Assembly: GCA_977020255.1 (NCBI GenBank)
Contig: CDROCS010002147.1
Location: 248,001 to 312,000, forward strand
Length of the DNA stretch: 64,000 bases
Direction of reading: 5' to 3'
Source of the DNA: Obrimoposthia wandeli
Taxonomy: Eukaryota
Shown here: piece by piece, positions 35,480-48,304 of the stretch
Layout of the letters: every line of letters starts with the position of its first letter
How positions within the stretch are numbered: position 1 is the first letter of the stretch
Position numbers and translations under genes: made by a program
The notes under the pieces: generated by a model
The model's database searches: none
The model's input: the letters and a program-made list of their open reading frames with translations, nothing else
What the model was told of the DNA's origin: nothing

Positions 35480-38398
35480 ACAGTAAGCGCACCAATTACC
35501 GTTGATTGCTTCAAAATATTCACGGTGCACTCACAAATCAACAACATTCATTTCCTCATAGACACTGGCTCTTCAGTTTATATAATACCACACACCATCA
35601 CGCCAATACCTAGACAACGCACCACACCTACCACACTCATGGCAGCGAACCACACACCAATAAAACTTTCGGTACGACTAACCTAACAATAACCTTAGAC
35701 AACATCCTCTACAAATAGGATTTTGTCATAGCAGACATAATACAGCCAATCATCGGAGCTGACTTTCTACCCAATTTCAACCTAATCATCGACTGCAAAA
35801 ATAAAACACTAATACGAAACAAAACATCAACACATACAAACCTCCACACCCATACCACAAACTGGAAAACACATAACCAAAACGTATTAGGCACAATATA
35901 TACAAAAACAGACGCGACAAACACACTACAATCAACTATACCACTCCAAAAACAAAACAACTTCACTCACAAAATCATTACAAACGGACGACCATGTCAC
36001 GCCAAAGTAAGGCAACTTCCACCTAATAAGCTAGCAGTCGCAAAAGACACATTCATTAAGTTAGAAAAAAATGCATTATTCAAAAGTCCGACTCACCTTG
36101 GTCATCAGCTCTCATGATGCAACAAAAAAAGGATCAAACATGGAGATGCTGCGGAGACTACCGAATGTTGAATGCTATGACAACACCAGACTCGTATCCA
36201 CTTCCACTCATAAAAGACATCACCACACGCCTAATTCATGCGACAATCTTCAGTAAAATAGATCTCACATCAGCTTACCACAACATTCCTATGCACACAG
36301 AGGACATCAACAAAACAGCAATCATTACACCATTCGGACTCTGCGAATACATCAAAATGCCATTCGGTCTAAAAATTTCCGCCGCCACGTTCCAAAGGTT
36401 CATGGATCACATATTCACAAACACGAACAACATTGTAACGTACATAGACGACGTCCTAATAAGAAGCGACAACCACGCCAACCACATCAAAGACATTCAA
36501 AAAGTAAAAGAAATACTAAAAAACCACAACCTCGAGATCAACACCAAAAAATGCCTTTATCATCAAACACAAGTAGAGTTCCTTGGACATACCATATCAC
36601 ATAACCAAATCAAACCTCTACCAAACAAGACAAACACGATAAACAACATGCCAATACCAACCACGGCTAAAAAAATCAGAAGCTTCCTAGGAATGGTGGA
36701 TTTTTACCACAGACACATACCTAACTGCGCAGGAACACTAGCCCCTCTACACGACTTAATCAAAAACACGCACAAACAAGCAAAGATCACACTAACCAAC
36801 ATCGACATAAAAAAATTCAATACAGCCAAACAAGTACTTACAGACGCTACAACCTTAAATTTCCCATTTCCAAACGCGCCACTTACGCTCACCACAGACA
36901 CTTCAAATCACGCAATAGGAGCAGTTTTAAATCAAATAACAGAAACCACACCACAACCAATCGCATTCTTCTCAAAGAAACTGAAAATACACCAGACTAA
37001 ATACTCAACATACGAGAGAGAATTACTGGCCATATACGAAGCAATAAAATACTTCGAAACACATCTAGAAGGCAACACTTTCACAATTTACACGGATCAT
37101 AAACCCCTTCTACAAATCATCACCATGAAAACACCCTCGCCACGCCAAATCAGACAGATCAACTACATCTCGCAATTCAATTGTACTCTCAAACACATCG
37201 CTGGAAACACAAACATCGTAGCAGACACACTCTCACGCATACCTCAAAACAACAACGTCATAACGCAAAATATATTTCTCGGACGCGGACATCAGACACA
37301 AACATGACATATCCGAATTCACTCGAGGAAACTTACATCTCACTAAAACAAACGACATATGGTACGAAACCACTACTCCCGGTTTAACTAGAGTCATACT
37401 CCCAAAAAACGACATGCATAAAACACATCCATGATTTCCATCATCCCAGCATAAAAGCAATATTTGACATAATCAAACAAACTTACATATGGCCATGCAT
37501 GTGCAAAGACATCCAAATATTCGTTAAACAATGCATCAAATGTAACAACAACAAATCACAAAAACATTACAAAACAATTCCATTCACCGTCACTAGCAAA
37601 AACGCATTCCACACAATTCACATTGATCTCGTCAGACCATTACCTTCAAACAACTCGTTCACACATCTCCTGACAATAATAGACAACAACACAAGCTGGT
37701 TTTCCGCCATACCCATCAAAGACACATCATCAACATATATATGGAACAAAATATACAAACATTGGTTCATCACATACGGTTTCCCTTCAAAAATAATCAC
37801 AGATCAGGGACGGCAATTCATCAGCAAAACATTCAATGACTGCTGCAACAATAAAAACATCAAACACACAACCACGACCACATACAACCCACAATCAAAT
37901 AGCAAAATAGAACGACTATACCGCCAAATTAAGGAAAGTTTGACATGCTTCGACAACCCAAAGAATTGGTAACACAATTTTCACAACTGCATCATGGGTC
38001 TCAGAAACACCCCTCACCTATGGGACAACAAAAGTCCCGTACATCGAATATTCAAAGCACACGTACCACGCATATACAATAAACACGACACGCAAACAAA
38101 CACACAGATGAAACCCAAATCTATCACAACACACTCACACGCATACATAAAAATACACAACCATCACTCACTAGACCCAAAATACCAGGGTCCATACACC
38201 ATCATCCGACACAACACCAACAATACAACGCTCATTAACAGAAACCAAAAGCCAACGCTCATCAATAACAGAAATTTGAAAATCACCCACCCTGAGAAAC
38301 ACAAAAACCTACCACAAACACACAAACACAAGACAGTCAAATTCACCACAGTAACACGTCCGACAAACATCACTCATTCCATAACTCCGTTATCTTAG
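35480..38398 (+). pseudogene. pol: pol (protease-RT-RNaseH-integrase), frameshifted
   Basis: PR: FLIDTGSS, IIGADFL. RT: WRCCGDYRMLN, YIDD. RH: TTDTSNHAIGAVL, YERELLAI, YTDHKPL, ADTLSR. IN: HH..CIKC, IHIDLVRPLP, ITDQGRQF, YNPQSNSKIER. RT-RH (36114-37307) is still one open frame. Confidence 0.95.
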
Positions 38399-38409
38399 AG
38401 AGGAAGTTA
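38397..38409 (+). promoter_or_regulatory. Polypurine tract
   Basis: AGAGAGGAAG(TTA) immediately before the 3' LTR. Confidence 0.85.
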
Positions 38410-38592
38410 TGTTGTGACCCTATCCTTCCTTTTCCATCATTATCTTGTGTGTTTCTTTGTTTTTATTATCATGTTATTGTAAGTATAATAATAATTTAGA
38501 AAAATCAATAAATCGTTATCTAGTTATTTTGTTCGTATCTCTCCTCATTCTTCCCTCTACAATTTTTCTATCTCTCACGAAGGCCTCCTACA
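38410..38592 (+). repeat. 3' LTR
   Basis: Same 183-bp sequence, followed by TSD ATTAC. Confidence 0.98.
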
Positions 38593-39581
38593 ATTACGTA
38601 ATAAATAAATTAAGGTACGTAAAAATATACAATAAGTAAAGAAATATCGGAATTAAAATGCACAATAACTTTTTCTAATGTCGAAAATTTATCGATTTAT
38701 GATTTTTTTTGCCTGAGTTTATCGAACATTCTTTTTATAAAAATCAACAAATTTCCCCTAACTTATCTTTGTGAATAACCTTTTTCTATATGTCATGTGC
38801 TGCTAATGTGGAAGGATTATGATTTTTTTTGAAATCTAAGCTAAATAAAGATTGAGAAAAGTATTTGTATCATTAATTAATAAAAAGAAGTAAAAATATG
38901 TTGTCAAGATAATTTAGGAGCATTCAGTGAAGAACATGGGAGTTGCAATATGATGACTGATTTCTAATGAGGTTTGAAACGAGGTGTTTACCAATTTAAC
39001 TGCAACTGACAATCAAAAAGATTTTCTTTTACTAATTAATGTTTGTATATTTTAAAATATATATATTGTATAAATAGTTTGAGGGCAATTCGTGAGAATA
39101 GTAGATGTGACAGATATTGATAAGTGGTTTTATTCAGTCAGCCTAAAAGTAGATCTAGATACTCCTATTTTTTAAATAACTGAATATTTTCCATTTTATT
39201 GTTGAATGCTACATACAAAATTATGTAAATGAAAAAATTATTTATATTTTTCTAATTGTACCACGTTTCGAAATGAAACTTTTGACAGTTTATTTTCAAC
39301 ACTACGGAAAAGAAGCAGCAATGTAGAATTGAAGGTGATATTTATCAAATGTGACGTTTACAAGTAGTATTTTCTTTCATTTATATCCATAATTATAAAT
39401 AGATTTAATGACTATTTCGATGCAAAGAATTTTCTTTGGCTAATTATTTCATTGAAAAAAAATTCTATCTGATATTATTGTGGGGAATATTGATAAATTG
39501 CTGCCCATTTATTAAACTTCTACTCGAAATTTTGTCACAATTACATTTAGACTTAGTTTATTATATATAGATAGATATACA

Positions 39582-39984
39582 CAGTGGTGGGATTCAAACT
39601 GTTTAGGAACCGGTTCGCGCGAACCGGTGCGAACCCTTGAATCCCACCACTGATTATATAACAGTATCATTATATATACATGAAAAAATCTGTGCTCGGA
39701 TTTTTTTATGTTTAAATATTAATATATTGTAGTTAAATGTTTGCTGAATTTTAATAATAGTTTCGAAATTTTGACTTTCCCATTAATATTAATATAAGAA
39801 TAAATAAGAATAAATAATGCGTTCAATCAACGAATTAAAAAATTATATCTTTTTTATCCAGATGATTATGTACGTTTCAGTCGAAGAAGGTAGTCCAGGA
39901 ACCGGTTCAGGCGGTTCTGCAAACTTTTATATTTTTAGGAACCGGTTCGCGCGAACCGGTGCGAACCCTTGAATCCCACCACTG
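39582..39984. mobile_element. hAT-type MITE, copy 2 (403 bp)
   Basis: Same TIRs as copy 1. Perfect 8-bp TSD GATATACA (39574-39581 and 39985-39992). The last ~310 bp are nearly identical to 16020-16332. Confidence 0.95.
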
Positions 39985-42524
39985 GATATACATGTGTTAT
40001 AATGGATAAATCTAACTGCTGCATAAAACTGCTACTCGAACACGCCATCTTCATAACGTAATTCTTTAAGTGCATTAGAAAGCATGGAAGAGGTTTGGTT
40101 ATAATTAAGAAGCAGTTGAGAGCTGATATCTTATTCAAATATATATAAAAGGATGTTCTTTTTAATAGGCAAATGAGTTTAATATCGTCGGAACTGCTAC
40201 CTATTAATATTTATAGTACCTTTTAAAACCGTAGAAAAATAAAAACACTGGACAACGAGGAAACTGATATTTTTGAAGTGACAAAAGTTAAGGTTTTTCA
40301 AACAGAGACCGCGATAAAAGTTAAAAAATTATTTATCTACAACCAAAAATCAAAAGTGAAACATTCAGAGGTCTTAATTGAATTTTTAAGAACTTTTATT
40401 GAATAAATGTTTGAGAAATTTTAAAGTACATTTAACTGTATTCAAAGTACCTACATAGTTTTACAGAACACCTGAACCATCAGACAACATGATCATGAAC
40501 ATTATCAATTTTTAAAGATAATCTACAAATAAAAACTGTTTTCAAAATTTTCATATTTAATGCAGGTAAAATATAATTAATATTAAATAATAAATGCCCA
40601 AACGTAATTTAAATGTATTTTAAATAAAACAAAATAATATCAAATAAATTTTAAGTCACAATAATAAATAAAAAACGGCCTAAATTTGGAATATAGTTTC
40701 ATTATATTGATTTATTTAGATATACAGGACATCCCACCACTGTTTTAACGCATTTCACTTCATCAATATTTTATGAAATCCTTTTAAATTTTCAAAAATA
40801 ATAGAAAAATGATCCAAAAAAATATTTTATTATATTAAAATTATTACAAATTTAACTCCATTTTATTTGTGTTCATGAGTAATTGCAACTATCCTTCATT
40901 ATTTAATATGTTATGTAGCTGTAGAGTCATCAAAAATAATTATCTAATACGAAAATACTTTACTACTGACATCACCACAGTACTAACGCATGCGATTATT
41001 ACAATAATACTTGATTTTAAAAATTATTAATATTCCAGTTAATCAATTAAATCGATTGCAACAAAATTTTAACAAATCTACCAGAATTACATTCTAATCA
41101 AAGAAAAGTGCCAGTACAAATGAACATTTAATGAAGCTCCATTGGCTACTGATCAATGCCAGAATTCGATTCAAGCCTGCTTATTATCAAACAATTTTTT
41201 CTCACAAAAGCCCAAATATTCATATGATCTTCTCAAGCCGAGTACAGTGGACGTGTATATGTATCTTAGGAACAATGATGACTTCAGATTAGTTAAGAAA
41301 ATATTTATTTGCGAAGAATAATGGAAAACAGAAAGCGGTTTTGACTGATAAATCACAGATTCATTGTATAGAGCGCTATATTAAATATATTATTGTTGTT
41401 TCAAGTTACTGATAAACGTTCTAAAAATCAAACTTCAACAACTAGTCGAGATGAGCTGGATTTATTATGCAAATCAATTATAATAAAATAATTTTCACAT
41501 ATCGACTTATCAGATTGAATTCAATTATTTAAATTGGATAAATTTGATTAAACATTATCATCATCATCGTAATTATCATTGTCAGCAGTAGCAAATATTC
41601 AAATTTGAGCAGTAATGGACAAAAGATGTCGACTTTATCTATCGTTGAATTTTCATTGGTTGTCGAATAAGCTGTCAGTATGACGTCTAAGATACAAGTC
41701 AGCATACGGTGATCTCGATTCAGGAATGTGACGTCGCGATCTCTGTAGCATGCATCAGCCAAAAGATCAGTTCGAGTCGCAGACAACGGAGCTACCGCCA
41801 CAAATCGAGATCACCACGCAAACGAAAGTCATCCCCACCGACGGAGGGGATATATATGTCACCACGAAGACAACAAGACGGCGCAAAGTCAAGGTCATCA
41901 AGAACATCAGCAGGCGGATCTATGAAGTTCCAGTCTTGTGAGTGCTACATTGACACAGTTTTGAAATGGACTTATTTTCTGCTGATTGGTGGTTATGCAT
42001 TTATTGTAAATTAGTCAGTTAAATTTAGAGTTACCTAATTAAATAAAAACTAATTGTAGAGGGATTAATTGATTGTGACAAATTTGGCTAAATGTCCATT
42101 CTATAGAAGTAATCTATTTTTAAAATAAATGGATGGCCTGAAGTCCCTACCATATAGGAATGTGAGAAAGTTTCAAAGTCCATAAATACTCATTAAACAT
42201 TGTCAACTATACAATTATCTAAATATTTACAGTTTTATTAATAATATAGCATTATTATTTTTCATAGGAATCCATCTAAATTTGTTCACACAGCTAACAT
42301 GGATTCGGTCCGAACTCCGTTCATTAAGACGTCCTTATTCCCTTTGATCCAAAATAGTGCCTATATGGAAGCTCAACGAGCAAAATATCTCATCATTTGC
42401 TTTTCATTGTTCTCAGTGCTGCAGTCTTTGTACAGGTTCGACAATAAATTTCTTCTTGTTATATTGTAAATTTGAATGTAAAACAAGAAACACAAAATTA
42501 TTATTCATTTTGAACATCTTAAGG

Positions 42525-42640
42525 TCTTCAAAGTAAATTCCATTATTTTGTATAGATTTTCCCACTGACCAGGTAGTTTCTCAATTCCATCTAATGACAA
42601 TTTAGGTGTTTTTGAAGCACCCCATTCTTCATAAGGAGAA
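42525..42640 (-). mobile_element. mariner transposase C-terminal remnant
   Basis: DGIEKLPGQWE / KSIQNNGIYFED (cf. DGIEKLPERWQKCI.NNGEYF). Confidence 0.65.
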
Positions 42641-43559
42641 ATTATTTATTTTCCTGTCTAAAATAACTTTCCATGTATGTCAGATTTCATTGCCGAAAAG
42701 ACATAAAGTTTGGAGCGTGTAAGGTTCAGAAAATGTGAAAGGGAGGAATGAGATTTTATACATTTTTTTCTAATAATCTATTAATATGTAGAAACTTAAT
42801 TTAAATCCTTCTTTACTCTGTGGTCCGTTACAATATAGAAAAACTATGGTAAGTTGTCTGTCTATGTCGCACCTAATTACCTATAATTACCTATATTTAG
42901 GGCTGGGACCATGACGGGTCCACAGGCTTAACATATCAAATAGTAAAAAGCTTGCTTTGTAGTTTAAATTTCTCGACATGACTTCTCGTATTTTTTTAAA
43001 GCGGACCCGTGTATCTCGTAATATCCTCGATTATTGAATCTGGAACTTCCAAACTCCGTAATCACTTATGTGGCTTCTGAGATTCTCCGTGTCTCACAGT
43101 TCGATGTGCAGCTACCTATTTTCAATGTTTCAGCAGACTATTGATAATCACTTCAGAAGTAATCTGTTGTTGATCAACTATACTTATTTAAACTCTTTTT
43201 TTATTCATTATTATTATTAAAAAGTATTTTTAATATTTTAATATGTCCTTGGCCCAATCTATAAATATTAAATAATTTAATTAAGCATTTTATCCAATTC
43301 CTTGAACTAAATCTTCTCCGGACTTCAACAATGTCATTTCTATCATATTTAGTTGGTCATTCATTTAGAAACCCCTGACGTAAGTGCAAAACAAAATAAT
43401 CTGGAGAAAGGTGCATAATCAGGTCCTTCAAGATGCATTTCGGGGAATTAGTTCTTGCTGGGTCAAGCCCCCAAAAGTCGAGTGAAGGGTTTGTCAGATT
43501 TTGTGATTTCCGAAGGTTATGGTCCCTGTGGAGATTCAGAAAAATGCATCCAAGAAATA

Positions 43560-43790
43560 CATTGAAGTTACTTTTAGTTAATATGATATATCCACCATCA
43601 CTGATGCTTTTTTGACCTATTAATGACCTATGATACCATATTATTCTGGCCCATCGAATGAATATCGTTTTTCGTCAGAAAATACGTTGTTTTCCCAATT
43701 TATCCCAATTACTATGGAATCGTCAAAGCAGCTGTACGTATCTTCCCTTTGTTGAATCGAGTCAAAACAAGTCTTCTTCTTAACAACAAC
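43560..43790 (-). mobile_element. Tc1-like transposase remnant
   Basis: VFSDEKRYSFDGPE at 43685-43644 (cf. VIFSDEKKFNLDGPDG). Confidence 0.55.
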
Positions 43791-44249
43791 AATGTGTTAA
43801 ATAAATCACTAATAAGCTTCTAAAATGACTATCTTTCACTCTTTGATCTTTGCAGCAGGATCTGCGAATCTTCAACTCTCTCGCTCTGATCTTATGTCAA
43901 GCTACTAACTTTTAAATGTCGAATAGACACAAGGAATAACCATATATTTATTTAGATATAAAATAGTAGGTTATCTTAGTTTGACTTTGTTAATAACATT
44001 TGTTAATTTTCTCTTTTAAATTTTGTAAGTCAATCACTTTCATTCATATTTTTCATTATTCCCAGTTCAACAATACTGAAACTAATTTTAAATTCAGAAA
44101 ATGAGGGTTAGATGTCTTAGTCACTATTTTTCACTGCATTGTTATTTTCACTGCATACTAAAATTTTCACCAGTAAAACATATATGAAATATTGTTGGCC
44201 GTTCTTTTGACGATTTAAAACTCGGTTTATCTTTATCACCAACTATGTA

Positions 44250-44693
44250 GGATCTGTTGTTTAGATTTTTAAAGTACCATCCAGACTCATCACAATTAAA
44301 TTTGTCTTTATAATAATTTTTTGTTAAAACTTCTAAATAGTCATATTAAAAATACAAAACTGACTCTTGCTTAATAAAACTACTTTCACTGGATAATATT
44401 TCCGAATGAATATTGTGTTTGGTTAAAAAAGAACTAAGCCACCCATTTGATGCTTGAGTGGCTTCTATATTTCTTCGTATGATACCCTTGTAGAGAAAAA
44501 TGGGTACTTCTTTTGTATACAATCCACTCCTACAAATGTCTAAATCTTTCGTTAGTTTTATGGAAATATGGTATCTCTTATTGACTGTCTTTTCATCTAT
44601 ATTCAAAATCGATATGTTCAATTGTGCTGCTCTTTGAATCATTTTATTTTCCGTAATATATTTGACAATTTTTCGCATATCTAAAATTTTCAA
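44250..44693 (-). mobile_element. Tigger/pogo (CENP-B-like HTH + DDE start) remnant
   Basis: ASNGWLSSFLTKHNI..LSSES (cf. ASNGWL.RFK.RH.I...GES) and FNCDESGWYFK (cf. FNADETGLF). Confidence 0.75.
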
Positions 44694-45389
44694 ATCTTTT
44701 TTATGCCAAATTTCAAGGTTAAATTTATAACAATTAAAATAAATTTACGGATAAAATTTACAGAATCAGTCATCTTTATTGTTTACAATTAACACTAGGC
44801 AGGATTCATACTGTAAATGAAAAACATATTCTATGTTCATATTATTTGGCAAGAGTGGAAATTCGTCAACTGCAGACGACTTGTCCATCGCGAATATTTT
44901 AAATTAACTTAATTCCATCATATTTTTCACACCAAAATACTAAAGAAATTTTAATGAACGAAGACTTTATTAACCTACTGTAGCGTTCTATTCATAAAAA
45001 TTATAACATAAAGCATACATCGTAAATATTTAACTTAATTAAAACCGTTCAATCATTTGATAATTCAAATTATCAGTGTTTCATTAATTATTCAAATTCA
45101 TTATTTTTACACTTTTTTAGACTTCTTTTTCTGTTAAACAGCTTTATGATTTTAAAACTTTCAGTCTTGTATATATATTAGGAGTGATTCATGTTCTAAA
45201 ATGTTCGAATCTTATCATTATAATAATGAATGGGAGGAAGAATTATTTTTTATTATTATGAATACCAAAATGTATTTGTATTTCAAATGTCGCATTGCCG
45301 AAAATAATTTTTGAACAATTCACAAACAATATGAAAACTAAAAAGACTATCTACCGAAATCCTGAGATCTGAAAGGCCAAAATCAGACT

Positions 45390-45770
45390 GTTGGAGTTAC
45401 AATTGGGTGTGGAACAACCATTGTTTGCCAAGTTTAATACGAGATCAAAGACAGCAACCCTAGCATCATTGAAGGTCGTTAATGTTTTAATGAAACTTTT
45501 AAAGCCTTTCGAGTATGGAAAAGTACGAAAGAGGCTTTCAAAATTGCTGGAGAAGTTCTATTTAACAACTTTAAAAACATCTGAAATAATTGAGGAAGAT
45601 ATACTAGTGTTTAAAAACGGTTTGTTCCTGAAATCTAGAGATTCGACTGAACGCAGCTCTTGAAACTTAATATCCATTTATGTGGAAGACTTCTGGCTAA
45701 CTCAGTTATTTTTCGGTTGCATGTATTTATGTGAATCTGGCTTTTCTTCAATCAATGCAATTTCAAGTCA
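45390..45770 (+). mobile_element. hAT (Buster/Charlie-like) transposase remnant with large internal deletion
   Basis: TLASLKVVNVLMKLLKPFEYGK (cf. T.ASF.VS..LAK..KPF..GE) and FGCMYLCESGFSSI (cf. F.STYLCESGFS). Confidence 0.7.
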
Positions 45771-47529
45771 CAGGCTCAAAAATAGCAATAAGTAACGAAA
45801 ATGTATATTGAAATATACTAAGGGAAATAAATTCGTGTTATACTATTTGTTATGTTTAAGCCAACAAAAAATCAACATACCTTTTATAGAAATTTCATTA
45901 AACTAATGTCAGCAGCTAATAATATTGTAGAAATATAATCGCGTTGTGGGTTTAAACATCACTCAAATATACTAAATTTTTACACAAATGTTTAAAATGA
46001 CAGCGCAATATAATATCCCTAGGGTGAGACAGGAATAATTTTTATTTATTTAATAATTTCCAATTTTTAATGTTAACTGTACTATATTTTTACAAAATGT
46101 ACTACTCGGATAAAAACTAAATTAATATTAGAATGTTTGATTTTGACAGCAAAACAGTTAAAAATAATTTCGAATTAGAGATTATTAAAATTCCAGTAAT
46201 TTGTGATAACTTTAGAAATTTGGGTAATTATCATTTTGGTGGCGTTCCCTTTTAGTTACTTTATCACCTACAATTATTTTAATTGTCAGCACTTATAAGT
46301 TTAGTGTAAATACAGCGGGAAAACGACTTGAAGCGATTGCGGGTAATTAAATACAACACGACATCTATTTGAAAAACAATATTATTTCAATTTTCTTGAA
46401 TATATGCTGGTGTATATTGGTGTAAATATTTCACGGAATCCGTACTAAATTGTGATTGAGATGTTTACTCAGTTTGGAGTATTTACATTTCTACAATCAG
46501 AGCTGAGACTTTTGTGGCCAAATACAATGACTGATTCATCTGCTTCATCACGGAAACACACATGGAATTGTTTGCGAAGGAACTTCACAAATTGTTTTGT
46601 GATAATATTTTTATTGATATTGCTTTATTCTTTATTAATAAAACATAATTAAAAGTTGTGAATAGATAAAGTTTAGTTTATATCATCTGTTATATACACC
46701 TGTTATTGATTTCGAACTTTCGAGAAGAAAATGAAATACATCACTTTTATTAATTTATCAAAATTACTTTTATTAACTATTTCTTTAATGATTTCAAATT
46801 ATACAACTTACAACTATTTTATTTTTCTCGTTTAAGTTATTTATGGCTAAGAATTATATATTTGTTAGATTAAGGAAAACTAAAATAAATAATGGAAATT
46901 ATCTATACCAAAAATTTGACCTTCAAAAATTTAGAAGGTCGAAAATTAAAAATAATAGAAATTAATTTTCTAAAAAATAAAGTTAAATGTGTATATAAAT
47001 AAATTGAGACCTTGAAGAAGTCGAATATGTATTAAAAAAATAAAACAACAGACACAAAACATTCAGATTTGAAACTAGAACTAAGTAAAATAAGAACAGG
47101 TAGGTCACATACATATGTAAGCCCTATCGCCACACAACTCACGTTGGGGGCCTCCGTACGAGGATCTAGTTCATTAAAAAACCCAACATATACAATTTAA
47201 AATAACTCTAAGTTAAAAAAAATTATACTGGAGACCAAACTTTTAGTTGCATTGATACCAGCATTTGCTTTTAACTCATTGTGGTATACTGAATTCAAAT
47301 ATGCAATTAATTTTTCTATGTAAGATTCAGATTTTTTTTTCTACAATTCAACATTCATTTTGTTTGTGAAATTTTGATGCCTCTCGCTTTTTGACATGGT
47401 CTTTCTGAAAAATTTACGGTTAAATGTTTAAATTAAACTCAAAATCTCTGAAATATATGGAAAAAAGAAGCAAATCTCATTTTCTGGGTTAAATGTGTAA
47501 AAATATGATTTATATAGATAGAAAATTCC

Positions 47530-48304
47530 ACTTTAATAATATTTATCTCAAAATGTGCTCTGGCAGTAGTCTACTATCATATTTTTCTCTTATCACTATT
47601 TGATGTTTTGATGGAAGCGCTCTGTTGGTTCATCATTTACAGTCTCGTGGTTCTCGTGACTATTCATGAAATGGAGCTTGAAAAAAAATACATGGCTTTA
47701 TTAAATATGATAATAATTCAATATGACAATGCTCGACCCCATATCTATGATAATAACAAATCTCTTAATATTTAAATGAGGCAAAAGAAGACAAATCTTT
47801 GAATGTTGCATATATTTTGCCGTATTTAAACGTTTATTTGAAATGAGTAAATAGCGCTCATGTCGAAAATATGAATCCGTTAACAACCAAGGGCAAAAGT
47901 GAGATATTTAATCAGTTACTGAAACAGGTAAAGGACATATTTGAAAATAAGATCCACATGATAAAAGTAGAAAAAACCTTAGAAATGAATCATTCTCTAC
48001 TTGTTTTTGGAGAGGATAATACATTTTGTTATTTCTTTGATAGAAGATATTTATTAAATAGTTTTCCCAATATTTTGTTAGTATTTCTCTTCGTAGGGAT
48101 TTTGTTCTAAGAACTTTAACTTCATAAACAAAGAAGCAGAAATTATTTAGCAAGATTTTAAATGAAATTGAATTATAACCGATGAAGTTAAAGTTCATAG
48201 AACAAAATCCCGACGAAAAGAAATACTAACAAAATATTGGGCAAACTATTTAATAAATATCTTCTATCAAAGAAATAACAAAATGTATTATCCTCTCCAA
48301 AAAC
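47530..48304 (-). mobile_element. DNA transposase remnant, probably CMC/Chapaev-type, with a fold-back at its 5' part
   Basis: Minus strand: LLLPHLNIKRFV (cf. LLPPLHIKLG), VNDEPTERFHQNIK (cf. VSDEQGERFHQDI), MIVDYC (cf. MLADYC). Same motif family as 6480-6860. Confidence 0.55.
48003..48304. repeat. Inverted repeat: 123-bp arms, 56-bp spacer
   Basis: 48003-48125 and 48182-48304 are reverse complements with 4 mismatches. No TSD. Confidence 0.95.

Larger units (their letters stand above)
33622..38592 (+). mobile_element. Full-length but mutated Ty3/Gypsy LTR retrotransposon (4971 bp)
   Basis: 183-bp LTRs (33622-33804 and 38410-38592), TG..CA, 5 mismatches. 5-bp TSD ATTAC (33617-33621 and 38593-38597). 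PBS and PPT present. Domain order gag-PR-RT-RH-IN. Confidence 0.98.
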
